Under the pieces are notes generated by a model that was not told the origin of the DNA, did no database searches, and saw only the letters and a program-made list of their open reading frames with translations. Both the position numbers and the translations under genes were made by a program. Positions 1 to 7,211 of a stretch of DNA of 20,000 nt are shown here, piece by piece. The stretch is from an uncultured virus (IMG/VR IMGVR_UViG_3300009873_000021) (Duplodnaviria; Heunggongvirae; Uroviricota; Caudoviricetes): positions 45,362 to 65,361 of IMG/VR virus record IMGVR_UViG_3300009873_000021; one strand, given 5' to 3'. Numbering within the stretch: position 1 is the stretch's first letter; each line of letters opens with the position of its first letter.

Positions 1-251
1 CCGACGGATTCGGCCCAGGCGCGCTGCCCGGCCTTGATCTGGATGGGCGAGGTGATCAGATACCTCGCACGCGCCCGCGGAAAGTACACGCCGGACGCCC
101 ATGCGGCGCTCGACACCGGCACGCCGCTGGCGCTGTCGTACTCGTCGAACGCCGCCTGGATCTTCGTGGTGTCGTCGGCGCTGTCGTTGCCTTTGGCGCC
201 GTAACGGTCCATCACGTTGAAGAAGCGGTTGGGTGTGACGATGCTGGCCAT
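1..251 (-). CDS. Pectate_lyase_3-like beta-helix protein (tailspike/depolymerase-like), N-terminal part, runs off the window
   Basis: Not in the ORF track; translated by hand from ATG at 251: MASIVTPNRFFNVMDRYGAKGNDSADDTTKIQAAFD...GVYFPRARARYLITSPIQI. This fits the NVxDYGAxGDGxxDDTxAIQxA...VYFP..Y.I N-terminal signature. Starts 7 nt after the stop of the upstream gene. Confidence 0.75.
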   Translation of the reverse strand, partial: MASIVTPNRFFNVMDRYGAKGNDSADDTTKIQAAFDEYDSASGVPVSSAAWASGVYFPRARARYLITSPIQIKAGQRAWAESV

Positions 252-258
252 GAGTGTG

Positions 259-645
259 TCAGGTCCGTCGGGGTCGATTCGTCCGCATCACGCCGTCGAG
301 CTGGAGCTCCCGCACAACCGTGACCCGGGCGAGCCCCCCGCTTGTTGAGTCCACGCTGTTGACGGTCCAGATCTGGGCCCCGGCCCCGTCGTCGATCGAG
401 AACCGCCCGTCGCGCTGGGGACTGCTCACACCGCCCTCGCCGGCGACGACGCTCACCTGCACGCTGCGCGTCAGCGTGCGCACGCGACCGCCGTCCTGCT
501 GGTCGATCTCCTCGCGGATCGGACCAGCCACGATCCGCGCAGCGGCGAACGTGTCGCTGCCGGGCGGCGCGTACGACTGGTCCGATCCGAACTGCGCCTG
601 CAGCGCGGACCGCGCCCCCGCCATCAGTGCGGTGAAGCGGGACAT
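259..645 (-). CDS. Head-tail joining/head closure protein (gpFII-like)
   Basis: 128 aa, directly downstream of the capsid gene. N-terminal helix ending in FG followed by a beta-rich body. Call rests mostly on synteny. Confidence 0.55.
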   Translation of the reverse strand: MSRFTALMAGARSALQAQFGSDQSYAPPGSDTFAAARIVAGPIREEIDQQDGGRVRTLTRSVQVSVVAGEGGVSSPQRDGRFSIDDGAGAQIWTVNSVDSTSGGLARVTVVRELQLDGVMRTNRPRRT

Positions 646-676
646 GGGGTCGTGTGATCACGCCAGCGCGCGATCA

Positions 677-1633
677 CTACAGGGCGCCGGTGATCAGTTC
701 CCAGCATTCGGGATACATGACCAGCTCATCCGTCTCCATGCGACAGCGGATGATGTCGGCGCGCTTGGTTTCGTCGCGGTAGCTCTCGAAGCTGGCGCCG
801 ATGTCCGAGCCGTCCGCCGACCAGTGGAACGTGCGTCCGGCGCACGGCGTCTGCACGTCGTTGTCACGCGCGACGTAACCCACGCCGACGATCGTCTTGG
901 GCCAGCAGCTCGCCAGGGTCAGGCCGCCTTCGGCGGCGCTGTTCTTCAATCCGCCGGAGATAATGACCTGCTCGACCTTGAACACCTGGGCCAGAGCATT
1001 GGCGGTCACGTTCTTGGGATCGTCGAACCCGGCGAACTTCAGCCTGTCGATGACCTGCGCGGTCTCGATCGCCGCCAGGAACGTCTCGTAGTCCATCACC
1101 ACCGTGTTGGGGGTGATGCCCGAGGCCAGGCGCACGGCCTTGACGCGTGTGAGCACGTCGGTGACCGGCACCGCGCTGGCGGCGGTGCTCCAGAGGACCG
1201 ACGCGGCGGCGTCAACGAACGTCGCGGTGGCCGACAGCGCGGCGCAAACGCGGATCTCGTGGTTCTGCACCACGAAGTTGCGCGCCCGCTTGGCCGCCAC
1301 CACCTCGGCGTCGAAGTAGCGCCGGTAAATGCGCGTGTTGCGGTCGTCCACGGGCTCTTCCCAGCCGTGCTCCTCGGTGGCGTACGAGAAGTCGCTGAAG
1401 GTGAAGTTCCCGCGGCGATATCCGCCGCCCGAGGCGCGGCTGGTGTCCTGAACCTGCAGGAGCTGCTCGATGGGGATCTTGCCGATGTTGGCCGACTGCT
1501 CGGCCACCTCGATGACCGGCATGAGCTGGAGCCCGACGAAGCCGGCCTGATTGGCCATTTCGTCAAACTCGATCAGGCTGGCGCCGAGGTCGGGACGGCC
1601 AACCGCTGCGGACGGTGCTGGTGATGTAGGCAT
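677..1633 (-). CDS. Major capsid protein (HK97 fold, lambda gpE-like)
   Basis: 318 aa, follows the protease and cement genes. GGAG Shine-Dalgarno (SD) upstream. Pattern typical of gpE-like capsids (LMPVIEV, RASGGGYRR, GITPNTVVM, FESYRDE). Confidence 0.85.
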   Translation of the reverse strand: MPTSPAPSAAVGRPDLGASLIEFDEMANQAGFVGLQLMPVIEVAEQSANIGKIPIEQLLQVQDTSRASGGGYRRGNFTFSDFSYATEEHGWEEPVDDRNTRIYRRYFDAEVVAAKRARNFVVQNHEIRVCAALSATATFVDAAASVLWSTAASAVPVTDVLTRVKAVRLASGITPNTVVMDYETFLAAIETAQVIDRLKFAGFDDPKNVTANALAQVFKVEQVIISGGLKNSAAEGGLTLASCWPKTIVGVGYVARDNDVQTPCAGRTFHWSADGSDIGASFESYRDETKRADIIRCRMETDELVMYPECWELITGAL

Positions 1634-1648
1634 TGCGAATCTCCGTTG

Positions 1649-1700
1649 GCGCGCGGACCGGGTGCAGGTTCACGTTGAACCGCGTGCCCGGACCGCGCGC
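1649..1700. promoter_or_regulatory. Long imperfect hairpin in the capsid gene leader
   Basis: gcgcgcgg/ccgcgcgc, ccggg/cccgg and ggttca/tgaacc arms nested around a 3-nt loop. Confidence 0.6.
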
Positions 1701-1719
1701 AAGTGTGTGTGAAAGGGAG

Positions 1720-1741
1720 CTCACGGGCGAACGCCCGCGAG
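1720..1741 (-). terminator. 9-bp stem-loop after the cement gene (weak terminator or stabiliser)
   Basis: Minus-strand ctcgcgggc-gttc-gcccgtgag followed by ctccctttc; poor U-tract. Confidence 0.4.
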
Positions 1742-1743
1742 GA

Positions 1744-2121
1744 TTACGGCACGACGGTCCCGCCGTCTGGATCAGTGGCGACTTCGATCAGCTCGCCGTC
1801 GGCCGCCGACGCGGTCAGGGCGATGCCCTCGCGGTAGGCGGTCGAGGCCGAGGCCCCGACCTTGCCGGCCGCGGCGGTGTACACCTGCGCGCCGACGGCG
1901 ATGGCGGCATTGGCCACCATCTTGCGCGTTCCGGGCGCGTTGCGCAGTCGCACGCTGCGGATGTCGCCGCTGGCGAAGGACGCCTCGTTGAGGGTCCCCA
2001 GCTCGCGGTCGGTGATGCCCGCCGTGGCGAGCACGCCGCTGCTGAGGATCACGCGCAGGTGCTGCGCGATGGCGCCGCCCGCGGTGAAAGTGCTGTCGCC
2101 GGATTCGTTGTAACCAGGCAT
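1744..2121 (-). CDS. Capsid cement/decoration protein (DUF2190-like)
   Basis: 125 aa from ATG 2121 with GGAG SD. Ala/Gly-rich with AAIAVGAQVY..AAGKV and GIALTASAADGELIEV motifs. Lies between protease and capsid genes. Confidence 0.8.
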   Translation of the reverse strand: MPGYNESGDSTFTAGGAIAQHLRVILSSGVLATAGITDRELGTLNEASFASGDIRSVRLRNAPGTRKMVANAAIAVGAQVYTAAAGKVGASASTAYREGIALTASAADGELIEVATDPDGGTVVP

Positions 2122-2155
2122 GAGTTGCTCCGTGGAAAAAGTGGTTTCGTGAAAG

Positions 2156-2177
2156 CCCGCGGACACTCATCCGCGGG
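2156..2177 (-). terminator. Perfect 8-bp stem-loop downstream of the protease gene
   Basis: cccgcgga-cactca-tccgcggg; followed on the minus strand by ctttc and then a T5 run. Confidence 0.4.
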
Positions 2178-2189
2178 AACGGTCGCGCT

Positions 2190-2753
2190 TCAGCGACGAA
2201 CCGCCATGCGATCCTGAATGCGGTCGCGCACGCGATTCGTGCGCGCCTCGTTCTGCTCCAGCACGAAGCGCTCGCGCAGCGAGTCGTCCTCGGCCAGGAT
2301 CCTGCGGGTCGCTTCGGCGTGCGACAGCGCCGGTCGCGATTCGACCAGTGCCGCCGCGCGCTGCTCCAGCTCCGCGTGAGCATCCGCGTCGGTCGCGCCG
2401 CTGCGCGGCTTCTCGGTCGCGCTCGACTCAATCGCCGGAACGCCCGGTCGCTTGGCGTCGGGCGCCGGTCGTGCCGCACGGTCAGCCGTGATCACCGCGA
2501 AGGCGGCGTGCGCTTCGGGCATGGTCCAGCCGTTCTTGGCCGACTGCAGGATGAACTTGTCCTCGCCGGCGAACGCCTGCTCGAGCTCGCCGATCGTCGC
2601 CGCCTTCTCGGCCGGCTGGGCCGCCGCGGGCTTCGGTTCCGCCGCGGTCGCGATCGCCGGCACGGGGACCGTGGTCGTGCCGGTGGTGATCCCCACCGCG
2701 CTGGGGCCGGCCTGCTGCGTTGCGGCGGCCGGTGCCGTGTTGGACTGAGACAT
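2190..2753 (-). CDS. Nested in-frame scaffolding protein (Nu3-like)
   Basis: In-frame ATG at 2753 preceded by AGAAGGAG-ACGCA, a strong SD. 187 aa, Ala/Pro-rich then helical. Mirrors the lambda C/Nu3 arrangement. Confidence 0.65.
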   Translation of the reverse strand: MSQSNTAPAAATQQAGPSAVGITTGTTTVPVPAIATAAEPKPAAAQPAEKAATIGELEQAFAGEDKFILQSAKNGWTMPEAHAAFAVITADRAARPAPDAKRPGVPAIESSATEKPRSGATDADAHAELEQRAAALVESRPALSHAEATRRILAEDDSLRERFVLEQNEARTNRVRDRIQDRMAVRR

Positions 2754-3866
2754 TGCGTCTCCTTCTGGCCCCGCAACAGGGGCCGATTGGGTTGAAGCTG
2801 CCTCGCCGTCGGAACACCCGCCGGCGCCTGTGATTGGTTCGGTTGACATGCCGGCGTCGAGCCTGGCCGGCTGAGCATTCGGCCCGGCGACTCCCGCTTC
2901 CTTGCGCACGCGGGCGAACAGCTGATCCAGCGATTCCACGCGGTCGATCAGGCCCAGGCTCCTGGCCGTCGCCGCCACGTGCGCGTTGCCGTCGGCCCAG
3001 TCCTCGACCTTCTTTCGCGAAACGCCGCGGCCGGATTCGACGCGCGACACGAACAGCTCGTTCAGGTCATCGATCTGCGTCTGCCAGGCCTCCAGTTGCT
3101 GCTCGGTCACCTTCGTGCCCGGCTCGCCGGCGGACTTGTACGGCGAGACCTTCTTCTTCTCGCCCACCCGGCCGACGATGGCGTGCACGGTGATGCCGGC
3201 GTCCTGGAACATCTTGCTCGAGTCCCACACCACGCCGTAGCTGCCGATCGACCCGACGATCGCATTCACGTTGGCGCTGATCGAGCGGCACTGGCTGGCC
3301 AGCAGATACGCCGCCGACGCGCCAAGGTCGGCGATGTACGCATAAGTCGGTTTCGCCTTCGCCAGCGCGGCCACGTCATCGGCCAGGTCGTACGCGCCGG
3401 CGATCGTGCCGCCGGGCGAGCTGATCGACAGGATCGCGCTCCGCACCTGCGGATCATCCTTCATCTTCCGGCAGGTGTTCCGCAGCATCACCGTGGACGT
3501 CGATTCGTCGAAGCTGCTGGCATGCTTCATCAGCGTGCCTTCCACGCTGACGATCGCCACGCCGTCGACGATGGCGTATCGGTATCCGTTGCGCACCGGC
3601 TGCTCGACGATCTCGGCCTTGGGATCGATCGCCTGCGGCAGCGCCCGGGCAATGCCGGGATGCTGAATGTCGGTGAACTGGTCGCGCTGCCGCGCCGACC
3701 GCATGTGCCCCTGCACGTCCATGGCGCGGGCGACGGCGTGCAGGCTGAACAGGTTTTCCGCCCGGATCGCCCAGGTTCCGAAATACTGGTCCAGGTACGG
3801 CACGCCGACGGCACGGAGGACCGATTCACTCAGCCCTGCGGGGTCGGTTGGAGGAATTTCGCTCAT
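2190..3866 (-). CDS. Prohead protease, peptidase S49 (lambda gpC-like), with C-terminal scaffold region
   Basis: Motifs ISSPGG, GASAAYLLAS, VGSIG and YKS. Start placed at MSEIPP (3866) because the longer ORF extends into octamer repeats and the opposite-strand gene. 558 aa. Confidence 0.9.
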   Translation of the reverse strand: MSEIPPTDPAGLSESVLRAVGVPYLDQYFGTWAIRAENLFSLHAVARAMDVQGHMRSARQRDQFTDIQHPGIARALPQAIDPKAEIVEQPVRNGYRYAIVDGVAIVSVEGTLMKHASSFDESTSTVMLRNTCRKMKDDPQVRSAILSISSPGGTIAGAYDLADDVAALAKAKPTYAYIADLGASAAYLLASQCRSISANVNAIVGSIGSYGVVWDSSKMFQDAGITVHAIVGRVGEKKKVSPYKSAGEPGTKVTEQQLEAWQTQIDDLNELFVSRVESGRGVSRKKVEDWADGNAHVAATARSLGLIDRVESLDQLFARVRKEAGVAGPNAQPARLDAGMSTEPITGAGGCSDGEAASTQSAPVAGPEGDAMSQSNTAPAAATQQAGPSAVGITTGTTTVPVPAIATAAEPKPAAAQPAEKAATIGELEQAFAGEDKFILQSAKNGWTMPEAHAAFAVITADRAARPAPDAKRPGVPAIESSATEKPRSGATDADAHAELEQRAAALVESRPALSHAEATRRILAEDDSLRERFVLEQNEARTNRVRDRIQDRMAVRR

Positions 3867-3910
3867 TTTTGTAATGCCCTTTCGCCCGCAGCTCGTGGTT
3901 AAATGGAGGG

Positions 3911-4579
3911 ATGCAAAAGAGACACAGAGACGGAGAGACGGACAGACGCAGTGCGCCGCGATCGCGGAGGCTTCTCTTTCACTTCGTCTCTTTGTTTCTT
4001 TGTCTCTTCGTCTCTTTCCTGCTGCTCGGCCTCGCTGCCGCACCCCGCGAATCACTCCACTTCACGCCGAACACAGCGACCGTCCCGGCGCTGCACGACC
4101 GGATCGCGCAGGCGCGAAAGTCGATCGACGTCGCAACCTATGCACTGAACGATTCGGCGCTGGCGAAGCTGCTGGCTCAGAAGGCGTTTGATGGCGTGAC
4201 CGTGCGGCTGATCGTCGATCGCCAGCCGCTGGGCTCGAAGTCGCCGAAAAGCTCCGCGCCGCAGCTTCACGACGCCGGTGCGACGGTGAAGCTCTTCGGC
4301 ATGTCCAGCGGCAGCGGCGGCAAGCTGCGCAACTGCAACTTCATCGTCATTGACGGCGCGTCAGAGGGCGGCAGTGTCATCGTCGCCGGCGGCCCGCTGG
4401 TGCGGTTCGAGCTGGAATCGGGCATCGGCACGATCATCGTGCTGGACGATCCAGCCGCCGTGCGGGATGCGCAGGCGGCATTCGAGGAGCTGCTCGACCG
4501 AAGTGCCCGCTTCGTCCCCCCCTACGATCAGCGCGACAGCCAGGGCAAGCCCAAACCGAAGCCCAAACCGGGGTTCTGA
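3911..4579 (+). CDS. PLD/Nuc-fold protein with a degenerate HKD motif and a probable signal peptide or membrane anchor
   Basis: ARKSIDVATYALND...GVTVRLIVD is typical of PLD_2/Nuc-like domains. The HxKxxxxD position reads NCNFIVID. Basic then hydrophobic N-terminus ending LAAA. Start codon uncertain. Confidence 0.7.
   Translation: MQKRHRDGETDRRSAPRSRRLLFHFVSLFLCLFVSFLLLGLAAAPRESLHFTPNTATVPALHDRIAQARKSIDVATYALNDSALAKLLAQKAFDGVTVRLIVDRQPLGSKSPKSSAPQLHDAGATVKLFGMSSGSGGKLRNCNFIVIDGASEGGSVIVAGGPLVRFELESGIGTIIVLDDPAAVRDAQAAFEELLDRSARFVPPYDQRDSQGKPKPKPKPGF
3918..4015. repeat. Two inverted arrays of 8-nt tandem repeats
   Basis: agagacac agagacgg agagacgg acagacgc (3918-3949) and tcgtctct ttgtttct ttgtctct tcgtctct (3984-4015). 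Confidence 0.8.
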
Positions 4580-4646
4580 AGCCCTCTTCCGGACGCCAAA
4601 CCCCCAGATTCACACCCGGGTGTATAAACCCGGCGGGCGGTTATAG

Positions 4647-4675
4647 TTGGCAAAGTACGTGACGTGACGTACTAT
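4647..4675 (+). promoter_or_regulatory. Sigma70-type promoter with an overlapping operator-like palindrome; probably a leaderless transcript
   Basis: TTGGCA (4647-4652), 17 nt, TACTAT (4670-4675), with ATG at 4682 and no SD. AGTACGT-gacgtg-ACGTACT inverted repeat at 4654-4673. Confidence 0.7.
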
Positions 4676-4681
4676 ATTTGC

Positions 4682-5527
4682 ATGAACGCCAACGAACTCA
4701 CCTTCGGAGTGGAAATCGAGTGCTACGTCCCGGTCAACAGCTTTCCCATCGGCGCGTATCACCGGGGCGTCCAGATCGCGGCCCTGCCGCCCGGCTGGAA
4801 TGCCCAGCATGACGGAAGCCTGTACACCCGCCGTCGCGGCTTTGAGGCCGTTGAAATCGTCAGCCCGATCCTCACCGGCGCGGACGGAATGCGGCAGGTC
4901 AAGGCCGCCGTGCAGTACCTCAAGTCACTGGGCGCGACGGTCAATGCGCGCTGCGGCTTTCACGTTCACATTGGCGTCGGCCAGAACCGCAAGATGATCG
5001 CCACGCTCACTTCTCTGGCGTCCAATTTCCAGTCGGCGCTGTATGCGATCACCGGCAGCCACAATCGCGAGCGCGGCAGCTACTGCCAGCCGATCCGCGA
5101 TTCGTTCCGAAACATCGGCCTGAACACCGGCGAGCTGCGCGGCAACGCGACGGATCGCTTCCACCTGCTCAACCTGTCAAATCTGATCACCGGCTCGAAG
5201 CGCACGGTTGAATTCCGAGTGTTCGCCGGAACGGTCAACTGGATCAAGGCCGCAGGCTACATCACGGTGTGCCTCGCCATGGCGGAGAAGGCCAGCAAGC
5301 TGAAGCGCCTCCCGGTGTGGAATGGCGTCACTCCCGTGGATTCCAGCACGCTGCACCGCAAGGGCGTCGGGCTGACTCAGCTGACTCGGCTGTTCTACAG
5401 CCTCGGCTGGACCAAGGGCGACCGCCAGCCGATCTTCGGCCTGCTCGCAGCGGACGATCTTCCCAGCATCGACGAATACAAGCGCGTCTTCCGCAGGCTC
5501 GCGCGGAAGTACGACGCGGGGGCATAG
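4682..5527 (+). CDS. Putative amidoligase (Amidoligase_2, glutamine-synthetase/GCS-fold COOH-NH2 ligase)
   Basis: Motifs TFGVEIE, HDGSL, EIVSPIL, CGFHVHIG, RFHLLNL and TVEFR, all apparently intact. Confidence 0.9.
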   Translation: MNANELTFGVEIECYVPVNSFPIGAYHRGVQIAALPPGWNAQHDGSLYTRRRGFEAVEIVSPILTGADGMRQVKAAVQYLKSLGATVNARCGFHVHIGVGQNRKMIATLTSLASNFQSALYAITGSHNRERGSYCQPIRDSFRNIGLNTGELRGNATDRFHLLNLSNLITGSKRTVEFRVFAGTVNWIKAAGYITVCLAMAEKASKLKRLPVWNGVTPVDSSTLHRKGVGLTQLTRLFYSLGWTKGDRQPIFGLLAADDLPSIDEYKRVFRRLARKYDAGA

Positions 5528-5575
5528 TGCCCCCGCGCAAGGGGGATTGGTTCACTCTTTCACGGAGATTCGATC

Positions 5576-6019
5576 ATGCCTTACCAGCCAAACTATCCCG
5601 AAACGGTCGCGGAGATTCTGGACGACCGGATGACGTTCAAGCCCGCGGCGCTTCGCGCGGTGCGGGAGCTGGCGCGGTCCAAGCCGTGGCAGGGAACGCA
5701 GCGCGAGCGACTGCTCAAGCTGCGCCTGTGCCTGCCGAAGCTGGCGGACGCCTACGACATTCCCTGCCCCAACCTCGCCCGCGGCGCGATCGATTGCTTC
5801 GTCCCGGCTTTCAATTCGATCTACCTGCGGCGCAGTCACCTGAGCGTCGTGAGCTTCCTGCACGAATTCTCCCACGCGCGCGGATTCGACGAACGCAAGG
5901 CGGTGCGCTGGAGCGTGAATCTGTTTCGACGCTGCTTCCCCCGGAGCTACGCAAGCTGCCGGCACGAGCGGCACATGCTGATCAATGATGCGCGACGCAG
6001 CGCAGAACGGAGCGAGTAA
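5576..6019 (+). CDS. Small zincin-like metalloprotein (HEXXH)
   Basis: 147 aa. SFLHEFSHARGFDE gives HEXXH plus a nearby Glu, preceded by two short strands (CFVP, SIYL). GGAG SD. Confidence 0.65.
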   Translation: MPYQPNYPETVAEILDDRMTFKPAALRAVRELARSKPWQGTQRERLLKLRLCLPKLADAYDIPCPNLARGAIDCFVPAFNSIYLRRSHLSVVSFLHEFSHARGFDERKAVRWSVNLFRRCFPRSYASCRHERHMLINDARRSAERSE

Positions 6020-6021
6020 CC

Positions 6022-6750
6022 ATGTGTGCGATCATCGGTTTCATTTCACGACGCAATCGACCGGCCAATCTCGGACTGATCAAGGCAATGGTCGAAGCGA
6101 ACATCGCTCGCGGTCCGCACGCCTTCGGCTTCGCGTGGGTTGACGGTGCCGGAACCCTGCGGTGCTACAAGCAGACCGGCAGGCTGACGGATCATCTGGC
6201 GCTGCTGGCGCTTGTGCGCGATGCCCGCACGATGATCGCACACGTGCGCTGGGCCACGCATGGCGACCCGCGCGAGAACGCCAACAATCATCCGCACCCG
6301 TGCGACGGTGGCTGGATGGTTCACAACGGCGTCGTCGAGAATTACGAGCACCTTGTGCGCCGCCATCGGCTGTGGCTGACGAGCGAGTGCGACAGCGAGT
6401 CGATCGCGCTGCTGATCGAAGATGCCCGCGTCGGCACCCGGCTGGGCAAGGTCGCCAGCGCGGTCCGGCGAACCGAGGGGCGGCTCGCGATGCTGGGCTT
6501 GTGGCGTCAGTCGCTGGTCGCAGTGCGCCGCGGCAATCCGCTCTCGCAGATGACGCGCGATGAAGGGCTGTATCTGGCGACACTGCCGACCGCATCTTCT
6601 GAATGGAAGCCGATGCCCGACGGCCGCGCTTCGATCTGGTGCCCGGCTCGGCGCGGGCTGCGGTCGATTATCATCCCCGTGCCGACCGAAGAGCGGGCCG
6701 CTGCCCGCGCGTGCGGTGGCGAACAGTTGTCACTCTACCGGGGAGGCTGA
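6022..6750 (+). CDS. Class II (Ntn) glutamine amidotransferase
   Basis: N-terminal MCAIIG (Cys nucleophile), RGPHAFG, HVRWATHG, NHPH, HNGVV and DSE. Confidence 0.9.
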   Translation: MCAIIGFISRRNRPANLGLIKAMVEANIARGPHAFGFAWVDGAGTLRCYKQTGRLTDHLALLALVRDARTMIAHVRWATHGDPRENANNHPHPCDGGWMVHNGVVENYEHLVRRHRLWLTSECDSESIALLIEDARVGTRLGKVASAVRRTEGRLAMLGLWRQSLVAVRRGNPLSQMTRDEGLYLATLPTASSEWKPMPDGRASIWCPARRGLRSIIIPVPTEERAAARACGGEQLSLYRGG

Positions 6751-6753
6751 GCC

Positions 6754-7011
6754 ATGCTGGATTATGCAAAGATCAAACGCCTGCGCGAGCAGCTCACGCT
6801 CACCCAGGGCGAAGCGGCCGCGAGGGCTGGATTCAAAGGCGAGAACGGCAAGGCGCGGTGGAGCGACATCGAGAATGGGCGCCACCCGGATCCGCACCTG
6901 TCCACGCTGCTGGTCCTTGCCGAGGTGCTCGGCGTCACGATCGATGAGCTGCTGGCCCGACCGGCTCAGAAACGCAAGGGATCGTCCGGAGCGCTGGGGT
7001 CGAAGGGTTGA
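6754..7011 (+). CDS. XRE-family helix-turn-helix regulator
   Basis: IKRLREQLTLTQGEAA...WSDIENG...PHLSTLLVLAEVLGVTIDELL; GGAGG SD. Confidence 0.9.
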   Translation: MLDYAKIKRLREQLTLTQGEAAARAGFKGENGKARWSDIENGRHPDPHLSTLLVLAEVLGVTIDELLARPAQKRKGSSGALGSKG

Positions 7012-7211
7012 CCGTTCGCGCCCAGCGCGAACGTCAGGGCCATGGTCTCTTTTTCGCCAAACACCACGCGTTCGACCAGGCATTCGTCGCACTGGAATAC
7101 CGGGAATGATTTCTGTCCGTCGTCGTCGCCGACCGTCAGCTCGCCCGACTGTTCAAGCGTGCGATTGCATTTGGGACAGGGGAATGTCCTATTCGCAGGA
7201 GGCACCGCCAT
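6966..7211 (-). CDS. Small putative zinc-ribbon protein
   Basis: 81 aa from ATG 7211 with CPKC...CDEC. Protein-like composition; fills the gap between the HTH and ASCH genes; overlaps the HTH 3' end by 46 nt. Confidence 0.5.
   Translation of the reverse strand: MAVPPANRTFPCPKCNRTLEQSGELTVGDDDGQKSFPVFQCDECLVERVVFGEKETMALTFALGANGQPFDPSAPDDPLRF

Noticed and set aside
3867..4055. 63-aa N-terminal extension of the S49 protease in the ORF track
   Set aside because: It is a translation of the octamer repeats and overlaps the opposite-strand PLD gene; ATG 3866 is the more plausible start.
5530..5545. ccccc-gcgcaa-ggggg hairpin as a terminator splitting the operon
   Set aside because: Short stem without an adjacent U-tract; more likely a stabilising or pausing element.
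5562..5572. acggagattcg shared between the zincin leader and the capsid gene leader
   Set aside because: Centred on the GGAG SD, so the match is largely explained by ribosome-binding-site similarity.
7042..7209. 56-aa N-terminal extension of the ASCH ORF
   Set aside because: A strong AGGAGG SD precedes ATG 7210, where the domain begins.
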